Assembly: GCA_045537905.1 (NCBI GenBank) | Contig: JAZSQJ010000067.1 | Coordinates: forward strand, 2,493 to 66,492 | DNA from: Eubacteriales bacterium | GTDB taxonomy: Bacteria; Bacillota; Clostridia; Oscillospirales; CAG-382 | Direction: 5' to 3' | Length of the DNA stretch: 64,000 bases | In this document: positions 34,956 through 43,267 of the stretch, piece after piece | Position numbering within the stretch: the first letter of the stretch is position 1 | How the letters are laid out: each line of letters opens with the position of its first letter | Position numbers and translations under genes: made by a program | Notes under the pieces: model-generated | What the model was told of the DNA's origin: nothing | Database searches by the model: none | Seen by the model: only the letters and a program-made list of their open reading frames with translations

Positions 34956-36710
34956 TTAATACTTGGGACGTGCAGTGTAACCGGTGTGCAGGATAGCGTG
35001 TGCACGGTGGCTGCCGGGTTCCTTAAAGTATTCATCATAAATAGCCTTAACGTCCTCATTCTCGTGAGAAAGTCTTACGGGAAGCTGCTGGTCGTCCTTA
35101 TAAAGACCTGCTGCACGTTCAGCACTGAGGTCGATAAAGTTACGAACAAAAGCAGGCTGGATAGGCTGACCGCCACCGTTTACACAGCCGCCGGGGCAAG
35201 CCATGATTTCGATGAAGTCAAAGGTCTTCTCGCCGCTCTTAACCATATCAAGGAGCTTCTTTGCGTTAGCAAGACCGCTGGCAACAGCAACCTTGATCTC
35301 GGTTCCGCCAAGGTTAAAGGTAGCTTCCTTTATACCCTCAACGCCACGAACTGCGTTAATCTCAATAGACTCAAGCTCAACACCGAGGAACTTGATAGCA
35401 GCAGTTCTGAGAGCTGCTTCCATAACGCCGCCGGTAGCACCGAAGATGGTACCTGCGCCACTGCCAAGACCGAAGGGCTTATCAAACTCTTCATCGGGAA
35501 GAGCGTTGAACATAATACCGCACTTCTTAATCATACGTGCAAGCTCACGGGTGGTGATGGAAGCGTCGATATCAGCAAGACCTTCAACTGCGGTGTGGTC
35601 AAGACGCTCTGCCTCAAACTTCTTAGCAGTACAAGGCATAACGCTTACAACAAAGATGTCTTTAGGATCAATACCCATCTTTTCAGCATAGTAAGTCTTA
35701 GCAACGGCACCGAACATACCCTGAGGAGACTTACAGGTGGAAAGGTTGGGAATCATTTCAGGATAGTTATGTTCACAGAACTTGATCCAACCGGGAGAGC
35801 AAGAAGTGATAAGAGGAAGGTTTTCCTTCTTGGTAAATCTCTGAATAAACTCGGTAGCCTCTTCCATGATGGTAAGGTCTGCAGAGAAGTTAGTATCAAA
35901 AACACCGTCAAAGCCAAGACGCTTGAGAGCAGCAACCATCTTGCCGGTAACGATAGTACCGATGGGCAAACCAAATTCTTCACCAAGGCCAACTCTTACA
36001 GCGGGAGCGGTCTGAACAACAACGTGCTTGGAAGGATCATTAAGAGCTGCAAATACCTTAGCGGTATCATCTCTTTCGGTAAGAGCGCCGGTAGGACAAA
36101 CGTTAATACACTGACCGCAGGAAACGCAAGCAACGTCAGCAAGATCTGCTTCAAATGCACAGCCGATATGAGTCTTAAAGCCTCTATCGTTAGCACCGAT
36201 AACGGAAACAGCCTGAACCTTGGAGCAAACTGCGCTACAACGACGGCAAAGTATACACTTGTTGTTGTTTCTAACCATATGAGCAGCACTGGTGTCTATT
36301 TCATAAACATCGTTAGTGCCGTCAAACTTACCTTCGTCTTCTACACCGTACTCGTTGCAGAGAGTCTGAAGCTCGCAGTTGCCGGAACGAACGCAGGAGA
36401 GACACTTTCTGTCATGGTTAGAAAGTATAAGCTCAAGAGTGGTCTTTCTTGCAGCGATAACTGCAGGAGAGTTAGTGAAAATCTCAGAATCGGGTCTGAG
36501 GTCAGCTACAGGATATACACAGGAAGCAACAAGGCTTCTTGCACCCTTAACTTCAACAACGCAGATACGGCAAGCACCTATCTCGTTGATTTCCTTGATC
36601 CAGCAGAGAGTAGGAATATAAATACCTACGTAGCGGCAAGCTTCAAGGATCGTCATATTATTGGGAACGGAATAATTTTTACCGTTAATTATTAAATTCT
36701 TAAATTCCAT
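34956..36710 (-). CDS. hydA: [FeFe] hydrogenase catalytic subunit (M3-type, HydABC complex)
   Basis: N-terminal 2Fe-2S and 4Fe-4S Cys patterns. H-cluster motifs VMPCTAKKFE and MACPGGCVNGGGQP. The L1 motif reads TSCSPGW instead of TSCCPxW. Confidence 0.92.
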   Translation of the reverse strand: MEFKNLIINGKNYSVPNNMTILEACRYVGIYIPTLCWIKEINEIGACRICVVEVKGARSLVASCVYPVADLRPDSEIFTNSPAVIAARKTTLELILSNHDRKCLSCVRSGNCELQTLCNEYGVEDEGKFDGTNDVYEIDTSAAHMVRNNNKCILCRRCSAVCSKVQAVSVIGANDRGFKTHIGCAFEADLADVACVSCGQCINVCPTGALTERDDTAKVFAALNDPSKHVVVQTAPAVRVGLGEEFGLPIGTIVTGKMVAALKRLGFDGVFDTNFSADLTIMEEATEFIQRFTKKENLPLITSCSPGWIKFCEHNYPEMIPNLSTCKSPQGMFGAVAKTYYAEKMGIDPKDIFVVSVMPCTAKKFEAERLDHTAVEGLADIDASITTRELARMIKKCGIMFNALPDEEFDKPFGLGSGAGTIFGATGGVMEAALRTAAIKFLGVELESIEINAVRGVEGIKEATFNLGGTEIKVAVASGLANAKKLLDMVKSGEKTFDFIEIMACPGGCVNGGGQPIQPAFVRNFIDLSAERAAGLYKDDQQLPVRLSHENEDVKAIYDEYFKEPGSHRAHAILHTGYTARPKY

Positions 36711-36723
36711 TTTCCGTATCCTC

Positions 36724-38511
36724 CTATTTCTTGCTTATCGCGCCAAACTTACACAAATCAATGCAAGTGCCGCACTTGATACACTTAGCGGGGTCGATGG
36801 TGTGAGGCTGCTTAACAGTGCCTTCGATAGCGTTAACAGGACACTTTCTTGCACAGAGGGTACAACCCTTACACTTGTCAGCATCGATAACGAAGGTGAG
36901 AAGGTCTTTACATACGCCTGCAGGACACTTCTTATCAACAACGTGTGCTATATACTCATCACGGAAGTGACGGAGAGTAGAAAGCACGGGGTTAGGAGCT
37001 GTCTGACCGAGACCGCAAAGAGAATTGTTTTTACTGTACTTGCAAAGCTTTTCCATCTCGTCAAGGTCTTCAAGGGTACCGTTGCCGGAGGTAATCTTCT
37101 CAAGCATCTCGTAAAGACGCTTTGTACCGATACGGCAAGGAGTACATTTACCGCAGGATTCGTCAACGGTAAACTCAAGGAAGAACTTAGCGATGTCAAC
37201 CATACAGTTGTCTTCGTCCATAACGATAAGACCGCCGGAGCCCATCATTGCGCCGATAGAAATAAGGCTTTCGTAATCGATGGGAAGGTCAAGATATTCA
37301 GCAGGGATACAACCGCCGGAAGGACCACCGGTCTGTGCAGCCTTAAACTTCTTACCACCGGGGATACCGCCGCCGATTTCTTCAATAACGGTACGGAGAG
37401 AAGTACCAATCGGAACCTCAACAAGACCGGTATTGTTAATCTTACCGCCAAGAGCGAATACCTTTGTGCCCTTACTCTTTTCAGTACCCATAGCTGCAAA
37501 CCATTCGGGACCGTTGAGAATAATCTGTGCAATGTTTGCATAGGTCTCAACGTTATTAAGAACGGTAGGCTTGCCAAAGAGGCCCTTAAGTGCAGGGAAA
37601 GGAGGACGAGGTCTGGGCTCGCCGCGGTGACCCTCAATAGAGGTCATAAGAGCAGTTTCTTCACCGCATACGAATGCGCCTGCACCAAGTCTGATTTCAA
37701 GGTCGAAATCAAAACCCTTGCCAAATATATTCTTACCGAGAAGGCCGTATTCCTTAGCCTTATCGATAGCTATCTGAAGTCTGTTAACTGCGATAGGATA
37801 CTCAGCTCTTACGTATACGTAGCCCTGAGATGCACCGATAGCGTAACCTGCGATAGCCATAGCTTCGATCAAAGCGTGAGGGTCGCCTTCGAGGATGGAA
37901 CGGTCCATAAATGCACCGGGGTCACCTTCGTCTGCGTTACAGCAAACGTACTTCTGATCAGCTGCGTTAGCTGCTGCAAAGCTCCACTTAAGACCTGTGG
38001 GGAAGCCTGCACCGCCACGGCCGCGGAGACCGCTTGCCTTAACGATATCGATAACCTGTGCAGGTGTATACTCGTTAAGACACTTTGCAAGTGCTTCATA
38101 ACCGTTGTAAGCTATGTACTCTTCAATAGACTCGGGGTTGATAACGCCACAGTTACGGAGAGCAATACGCTTCTGAGAACGATAGAAGTCAGTGTCATTA
38201 AGAGACTTGATAGAGCTTTCGGTAACGGTTTCCTTATAAAGGAGATCCTTTACGGGACGGCCCTTAACGATGTGCTCGTCAACAATTCTGGGGATGTTAG
38301 CTGCTTCAACTGCGGAGTAGAAGCAGCCTTCAGGATAAACGATCATGATAGGACCAACAGCGCAAAGACCGAAGCAGCCGGTTTTAACTATCTTAACTTC
38401 GTTTTCAAGATTGCGCGCCTTAAGCTCGTTTTCAAGAGCTGTTATAACAGCAGCGCTACCGGAAGCGGTACAGCCGGTACCGCCGCATATAAGTATGTGA
38501 GAACGATACAT
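36724..38511 (-). CDS. hydB: NADH-binding flavoprotein subunit of the hydrogenase (NuoF-like)
   Basis: N-terminal Trx-like 2Fe-2S domain (CGGTGC...CFGLC), GRGGAGFPTGLKW, NADEGDPGAF, ESCGKCTPCR, and a C-terminal 2x CxxCxxCxxxCP. Confidence 0.92.
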   Translation of the reverse strand: MYRSHILICGGTGCTASGSAAVITALENELKARNLENEVKIVKTGCFGLCAVGPIMIVYPEGCFYSAVEAANIPRIVDEHIVKGRPVKDLLYKETVTESSIKSLNDTDFYRSQKRIALRNCGVINPESIEEYIAYNGYEALAKCLNEYTPAQVIDIVKASGLRGRGGAGFPTGLKWSFAAANAADQKYVCCNADEGDPGAFMDRSILEGDPHALIEAMAIAGYAIGASQGYVYVRAEYPIAVNRLQIAIDKAKEYGLLGKNIFGKGFDFDLEIRLGAGAFVCGEETALMTSIEGHRGEPRPRPPFPALKGLFGKPTVLNNVETYANIAQIILNGPEWFAAMGTEKSKGTKVFALGGKINNTGLVEVPIGTSLRTVIEEIGGGIPGGKKFKAAQTGGPSGGCIPAEYLDLPIDYESLISIGAMMGSGGLIVMDEDNCMVDIAKFFLEFTVDESCGKCTPCRIGTKRLYEMLEKITSGNGTLEDLDEMEKLCKYSKNNSLCGLGQTAPNPVLSTLRHFRDEYIAHVVDKKCPAGVCKDLLTFVIDADKCKGCTLCARKCPVNAIEGTVKQPHTIDPAKCIKCGTCIDLCKFGAISKK

Positions 38512-38525
38512 TTGACTTTTCCTCC

Positions 38526-38885
38526 TTAGCCTGCAGTATATTCGGTAACAACGTTACCGTTAACGATATGTTCAGCTACTACCTTAGCAGCCTTTTCTGC
38601 GGTCATATTAACATAGGTTACCTTATCCTGACCGTCAAGAGTAACCTCAACAACGGGAGAATTTGCGCCCCAAGCCGCGTTACCGTCCTGGATAACGGCT
38701 ATGTTATATATTCCGTTTTTGCCTAAATTTTCAGAAAATGCAAGAACAACATCCTTTGCACCGGCAGCGATGCCTGCGGTACCCATGCTTACAACGATCT
38801 TACCGGCTTCGGTAGCGTCGCTTCTGATACCCATTTGGTCTTGCATACGAGCCTTAATAGCTCTGAGTTCATCCAAACTTCTCAT
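38526..38885 (-). CDS. Thioredoxin-like [2Fe-2S]-ferredoxin-fold protein that contains no cysteine
   Basis: VVSMGTAGIAAGAKDV and the overall layout resemble the small Trx-like ferredoxin of hyd operons and the HydB N-domain. The 119-aa product has zero Cys. Confidence 0.65.
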   Translation of the reverse strand: MRSLDELRAIKARMQDQMGIRSDATEAGKIVVSMGTAGIAAGAKDVVLAFSENLGKNGIYNIAVIQDGNAAWGANSPVVEVTLDGQDKVTYVNMTAEKAAKVVAEHIVNGNVVTEYTAG

Positions 38886-38911
38886 ACCAATATTAATCCT
38901 TTCGGTGTAAT

Positions 38912-39448
38912 TTACTGAATAATTTTACTTGCCAGATACTCCTTTATCAACACGGCTTTGATAAACGGCGGTGAGTTTTTGTCCAAGGAGAGAGCTTCAA
39001 ACAGTTCATCTACCTCTAGCTCAAAGCAATACGAGTCGCATTGATACTTGTAGTGAAAGCTAACGTCGGGCGCGGTGATAACCATACACACCAACGCCTC
39101 CGTCATATCCCCCAAGGGAACAAAGTTAACACTGTCAGTGTTGAACGTGGCAGAAATCTCTGTACCGCTTCCCTTTTCGGACTTGATTTTGTAGCTACCA
39201 TCGGTCATCTTTGCCCTTTGAATAAACAAGGGAACCCCAAGACCGACCTTATGTGTAACATCAGTCGTGAAAAACGGGTCTGTTACACGGGCAAGCTCCT
39301 CGTCACCCATACCACAGCCATTGTCCTTAACGCTTATAGCAAGCTGTCCGCAAAGCACATCCTTAGTTAAGCAAATCTTAACAGCTGTGGCACCTGAACG
39401 AACAGAGTTTTGCACCAGGTCAAGAACGGATAAAGAGAGAGTACGCAT
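38912..39448 (-). CDS. Stand-alone histidine-kinase-like ATPase (HATPase_c) domain protein
   Basis: N-box DLVQNSVRSGA, G1 DNGCGMG, G2 GLGVPL. No HisKA domain. The start shares 1 nt with the hydC stop. Confidence 0.7.
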   Translation of the reverse strand: MRTLSLSVLDLVQNSVRSGATAVKICLTKDVLCGQLAISVKDNGCGMGDEELARVTDPFFTTDVTHKVGLGVPLFIQRAKMTDGSYKIKSEKGSGTEISATFNTDSVNFVPLGDMTEALVCMVITAPDVSFHYKYQCDSYCFELEVDELFEALSLDKNSPPFIKAVLIKEYLASKIIQ

Positions 39449-39945
39449 TAAGCACGATATTTTTCGATTATGCCGTCAACGTCCTTAACGGTAAGTCTAC
39501 CGTAAACGTCATCGCCAACAGTAAGAACAGGAGCAAGACCACAAGCACCTATGCAACGGCAAGCCTCAAGAGAGAATTTACCGTCGGGAGTGCAACCGCC
39601 ATCGGAAAGACCAAGCTTTTCCTTAAGTGCCTCATAAATGTCACCGCTGCCCTTTACGTAGCAAGCAGTACCCAAGCATACGGAAATGTTATGCTCGCCC
39701 TTGGGCTGGATAGAAAACAGAGAGTAGAAAGATACTACCCCGTAAACCTCCTCAAGCGGAACATTAATTCCCTCAGCTACGGCAATCTGTACCTCCAAGG
39801 GGAGATAACCGTAAATTTCCTGTGCCCTCTTCAGAACCTGTACAAGGGAGCCGCGTACATCCTTAAACTCAGCAATAACTGCGTCAAGCTGCGCCTTTTG
39901 CTCAGGTGTGTCCTTGAAGGGGAAAGTTTCAAGTTTGTTCCTCAT
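39448..39945 (-). CDS. hydC: NuoE-like [2Fe-2S] subunit of the hydrogenase
   Basis: CLGTACYVKG ... CRCIGACGLAPV, the four-Cys pattern of NuoE/HydC. Confidence 0.9.
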   Translation of the reverse strand: MRNKLETFPFKDTPEQKAQLDAVIAEFKDVRGSLVQVLKRAQEIYGYLPLEVQIAVAEGINVPLEEVYGVVSFYSLFSIQPKGEHNISVCLGTACYVKGSGDIYEALKEKLGLSDGGCTPDGKFSLEACRCIGACGLAPVLTVGDDVYGRLTVKDVDGIIEKYRA

Positions 39946-40003
39946 TGTTATGAACTCCTCCTTATAAATAATGAATTAATTGAATATATTTTTTAACCGA
40001 TTA

Positions 40004-40032
40004 ATTATACCATATACTTTTACAAAGGTCAA
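40004..40032 (-). promoter_or_regulatory. Candidate sigma-A promoter of the hyd operon
   Basis: On the minus strand: TTGACC (40032-40027), 17 nt spacer, TATAAT (40009-40004), with TGG immediately upstream (extended -10-like). Confidence 0.55.
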
Positions 40033-40039
40033 TGATAAA

Positions 40040-40053
40040 AACAAATATTTGTT
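40040..40053. promoter_or_regulatory. 14-bp perfect palindrome upstream of the hyd promoter (possible regulator site)
   Basis: aacaaatatttgtt, 8 bp upstream of the -35. Confidence 0.3.
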
Positions 40054-40091
40054 AGTTTTTTTAGAAAAAACAAGTTATTTTTATTAATTTG

Positions 40092-40445
40092 TCACCCTTT
40101 TATTCCGCGGCTCAGATTAACGGCTGTTTTATAGCTGTCTTCCTTACTGCCCAAAACCGTAACGCCGTGTGTTTTTGCCGATTTTAACAGCTCCTCGTCC
40201 GGCACGGTCCCCTCTGTCAGAACAACGCAGGCGGCGTTGTTATTGTAAGCCACGGCACCTACGTTGACGTTGTTCATCACCGTAAGCCACGCAGATTTTT
40301 CTTTTAGCTTTACCAGGGCGTTACTTAACAGGTCGCAACAGTAAACCGATGCAATTTCCCTGTCAAGGCTACCGCAAAATAAAGTTAAACCATAGCTTTC
40401 AACAGCTTCTTTTATAAGCACAACAACACCCCTTTCCAAATCCAA
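40092..40445 (-). CDS. DRTGG-domain protein
   Basis: 117 aa with CCDLLSNAL ... AACVVLTEG, typical of small DRTGG proteins found near hydrogenase genes. Confidence 0.65.
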   Translation of the reverse strand: MDLERGVVVLIKEAVESYGLTLFCGSLDREIASVYCCDLLSNALVKLKEKSAWLTVMNNVNVGAVAYNNNAACVVLTEGTVPDEELLKSAKTHGVTVLGSKEDSYKTAVNLSRGIKG

Positions 40446-40503
40446 TTATAGATGCAAAAAGGCTATTTGTAAATATCTTTTTATAAATTGCACTAAAATA
40501 CCA

Positions 40504-40536
40504 AAGGCTACTGTTACTTCTTTTAACAGTAGCCTT
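40504..40536 (-). terminator. Terminator after the AKR-FeS gene
   Basis: aaggctactgtta / taacagtagcctt 13-bp stem with a 7-nt loop. On the minus strand it is followed by tggtatttt. Confidence 0.7.
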
Positions 40537-40540
40537 GTAG

Positions 40541-41572
40541 CTATATTTTGGTTTTCTCTTCCAAAATGCTTAAATAGTCCTCTAAATTACGTTTTAGCAA
40601 TTCTGGTGTATTGAGGTTATACGGACATAAAGAGACGCATTTTCCGCAATTAATGCAGTCGTTTATCTTAAGCATCATTTCCCTGCTTTTCTCTGTCAAC
40701 CATCCGCTCGAAGGGCTACGCCTTATAAGCTGCGACATACGGGCGCAGGTGTTAATTTCTATCCCCATAGGACAGGGCATACAGTAACCGCAAGCACGGC
40801 AAAAGCTGCCCGAAAGAGCTTGCCTGTCCTTTTCTATTACCGCAGAAACCTGTGTATCGTCTATGACTGTATTTGCAAGAGAAATAAACTCATCAAGCTC
40901 GGTTTCTTTTTGTATGCCCCATATAGGCAAAACGTTATCAAACCGCTCCATCCAAGCGTATGCGGCGGCAGCGTTGGTTATAAGTCCGCCGGACAATCCC
41001 TTCATAGCAATAAAACCAACCTCGTGCTCCTTGCAAAGCTTAACCAAAGACAGATCTACATCGTTTGCCAGATAACAAAACGGAAACTGAAGGGTGCTGT
41101 ACAGCCCTGATTTAACAGCCTCCTCCGCTACCTTGTGGCGATGGTTGGTGATACCTATATGACGTATCTTCCCCACCCCTTTTGCCTCAAGCATAGCTTC
41201 ATAAAGCCCGCTTCCATCATCGGGCTTCGGACAAAAGGCAGGGTTATGGAATTGATATATATCAATATAATCGGTTTTTAACAAACTGAGGCTTGTTTCC
41301 AAATCCTTCCAAAAAGCATCAACCGTAGTAACTGTGGTCTTGGTAGCAATAACGATATTACTACGAACGGAAGACAGGGCAAGACCTATCTTCCGTTCGC
41401 TATCAGTATACATTCTGGCTGTATCAAAAAATGTAAAACCGTTATTATATGCCTTTTGTAACAGCATCACGGCATAATCGTCATTTACCCTTTGGATGGG
41501 CAATGCACCGAATGCGTTCTTAGGAGAAACAATGCCTGTTTTTCCCAACTTTACATAAGACATAGCATCCAC
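40541..41572 (-). CDS. Aldo/keto reductase fused to a C-terminal 2x[4Fe-4S] ferredoxin-like domain
   Basis: AKR core (FDTARMYTDSE, IGITNH) plus CRACGYCMPCPMG and CINCGKCVSLCPY. Confidence 0.85.
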   Translation of the reverse strand: MDAMSYVKLGKTGIVSPKNAFGALPIQRVNDDYAVMLLQKAYNNGFTFFDTARMYTDSERKIGLALSSVRSNIVIATKTTVTTVDAFWKDLETSLSLLKTDYIDIYQFHNPAFCPKPDDGSGLYEAMLEAKGVGKIRHIGITNHRHKVAEEAVKSGLYSTLQFPFCYLANDVDLSLVKLCKEHEVGFIAMKGLSGGLITNAAAAYAWMERFDNVLPIWGIQKETELDEFISLANTVIDDTQVSAVIEKDRQALSGSFCRACGYCMPCPMGIEINTCARMSQLIRRSPSSGWLTEKSREMMLKINDCINCGKCVSLCPYNLNTPELLKRNLEDYLSILEEKTKI

Positions 41573-41573
41573 C

Positions 41574-43250
41574 TTAGAACAAGCCTGAAATCTTGCCGTT
41601 TTCGTCTACGTCGATACGCTCAGCAGCGGGAGACTTGGGCAAGCCGGGCATGGTAAGTATATCACCGGTGAGCACAACTATAAAGCCTGCACCGGCAGAA
41701 ACCTTAACGTTTTTAACCGTTACGGTAAAGCCCTCGGGAGCACCAAGCTTTGTGGGGTCATCAGAGAAGCTGTACTGGGTTTTTGCAATACATACAGGCA
41801 TCTTGCCAAAGCCAAGCTTTTCAAGCTGCTCAATCTGTTTTTTAGCTGCAGGCATTACGTTAATGCCAACGCCGCCGTATACCTTAGTAACAACAGATGC
41901 AATCTTTTCCTCAATGGTGCTGTCAAGCTCGTAGGAGAAGGTAAAGTCGCCCTGTTCTTCCTCACAAAGGCGTACAACCTCTTTTGCAAGCTCAACGCCA
42001 CCCTTGCCGCCGTCTGCCCAAACTGTAGACAAAACGGTATTAACACCGAGAGCACGGCATTTTTCGATTATAAACTCTATTTCCTTATCAGTATCAGTTG
42101 GGAAACGGTTTACAGCTACAACACAGGGGAGCTTATAAACGTTTTTAATATTTGAAACGTGGCGAAGAAGGTTAGGTATACCCTTTTCAAGAGCAACCAA
42201 GTCCTCATTACCAAGCTCGGTCTTAGCAAGACCGCCGTGCATCTTAAGCGCACGAACCGTAGCAACGATAACAACGGCATCAGGAGTAAGACCTGCCATA
42301 CGGCACTTGATATCAAGGAACTTTTCAGCACCGAGGTCAGCACCAAAGCCTGCTTCGGTAACGGTATAGTCGCCCATCTTGAGAGCAAGACGGGTTGCCA
42401 TAACAGAGTTACAGCCGTGGGCAATGTTAGCAAAGGGACCTCCGTGAACAAAGGCAGGGGTACCCTCAAGAGTCTGAACAAGGTTAGGCTTCAAAGCGTC
42501 CTTCAAAAGTGCAGTCATTGCACCTGCCGCCTTAAGCTCGCCACAGGTTACGGGCTTATCGTCATAGGTGTAGCCTACAACGATGCGGGACAGTCTTTCC
42601 TTAAGGTCGGTGATGGAGCTGGAAAGGCAAAGAACAGCCATAATCTCAGAAGCAACGGTAATATCAAATCCGTCCTCTCTGGGAACACCGTTGGTCTTGC
42701 CGCCCAAGCCGTCAACAACAAAGCGAAGCTGACGGTCGTTCATATCAACGCAACGCTTCCAGGAGATTTTTCTCACGTCTATATTAAGTGCGTTGCCCTG
42801 CTGGATATGGTTATCCAACATAGCCGCAAGCAGGTTGTTTGCCGCACCTATAGCGTGGAAGTCACCTGTAAAGTGGAGGTTAATGTCCTCCATAGGTACC
42901 ACCTGAGCATATCCGCCGCCTGCGGCACCGCCCTTAACGCCAAATACGGGGCCAAGGGATGGCTCTCTGAGTGCAACGGTAACGTCCTTGCCTATAAGCT
43001 TAAGACCGTCGGCAAGACCTATTGTGGTAGTAGTTTTACCCTCACCTGCAGGGGTGGGTGTAATTGCAGTAACAAGTATAAGCTTACCGTCGGGACGGTT
43101 GGTTTCATCCAGCAAGGAAAGGTCAACCTTTGCCTTATATCTGCCGTACTGCTCAATATACTTATCGTCAACGTGGGCACGCTCAGCTATAACGCTGATA
43201 TGCTCCATTTTACATTGCTGTGCTATTTCAATATCGCTTAAATATGCCAT
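41574..43250 (-). CDS. fhs: Formate--tetrahydrofolate ligase
   Basis: [16 protein letters not shown], 558 aa, with full-length similarity to FTHFS. Confidence 0.95.
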   Translation of the reverse strand: MAYLSDIEIAQQCKMEHISVIAERAHVDDKYIEQYGRYKAKVDLSLLDETNRPDGKLILVTAITPTPAGEGKTTTTIGLADGLKLIGKDVTVALREPSLGPVFGVKGGAAGGGYAQVVPMEDINLHFTGDFHAIGAANNLLAAMLDNHIQQGNALNIDVRKISWKRCVDMNDRQLRFVVDGLGGKTNGVPREDGFDITVASEIMAVLCLSSSITDLKERLSRIVVGYTYDDKPVTCGELKAAGAMTALLKDALKPNLVQTLEGTPAFVHGGPFANIAHGCNSVMATRLALKMGDYTVTEAGFGADLGAEKFLDIKCRMAGLTPDAVVIVATVRALKMHGGLAKTELGNEDLVALEKGIPNLLRHVSNIKNVYKLPCVVAVNRFPTDTDKEIEFIIEKCRALGVNTVLSTVWADGGKGGVELAKEVVRLCEEEQGDFTFSYELDSTIEEKIASVVTKVYGGVGINVMPAAKKQIEQLEKLGFGKMPVCIAKTQYSFSDDPTKLGAPEGFTVTVKNVKVSAGAGFIVVLTGDILTMPGLPKSPAAERIDVDENGKISGLF

Positions 43251-43267
43251 ACAATCTACTCCTTACA

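Noticed and set aside
34986-38529. Very long plus-strand ORFs (569 aa at 34986-36695 and 575 aa at 36802-38529) antisense to hydA and hydB.
   Set aside because: They lie codon-aligned opposite genes with unmistakable motifs. Their products are compositionally odd (rich in N, T, V, C, K and G) with no start context or RBS. In this phase, antisense stops correspond to sense codons TTA, CTA and TCA, which these highly expressed genes avoid, so long shadow ORFs are expected.
40040-40053. A Rex operator at the hyd promoter.
   Set aside because: The palindrome reads AACAAATATTTGTT, which has the opposite half-site polarity to TTGT...ACAA Rex boxes. I kept it only as an unassigned palindrome.
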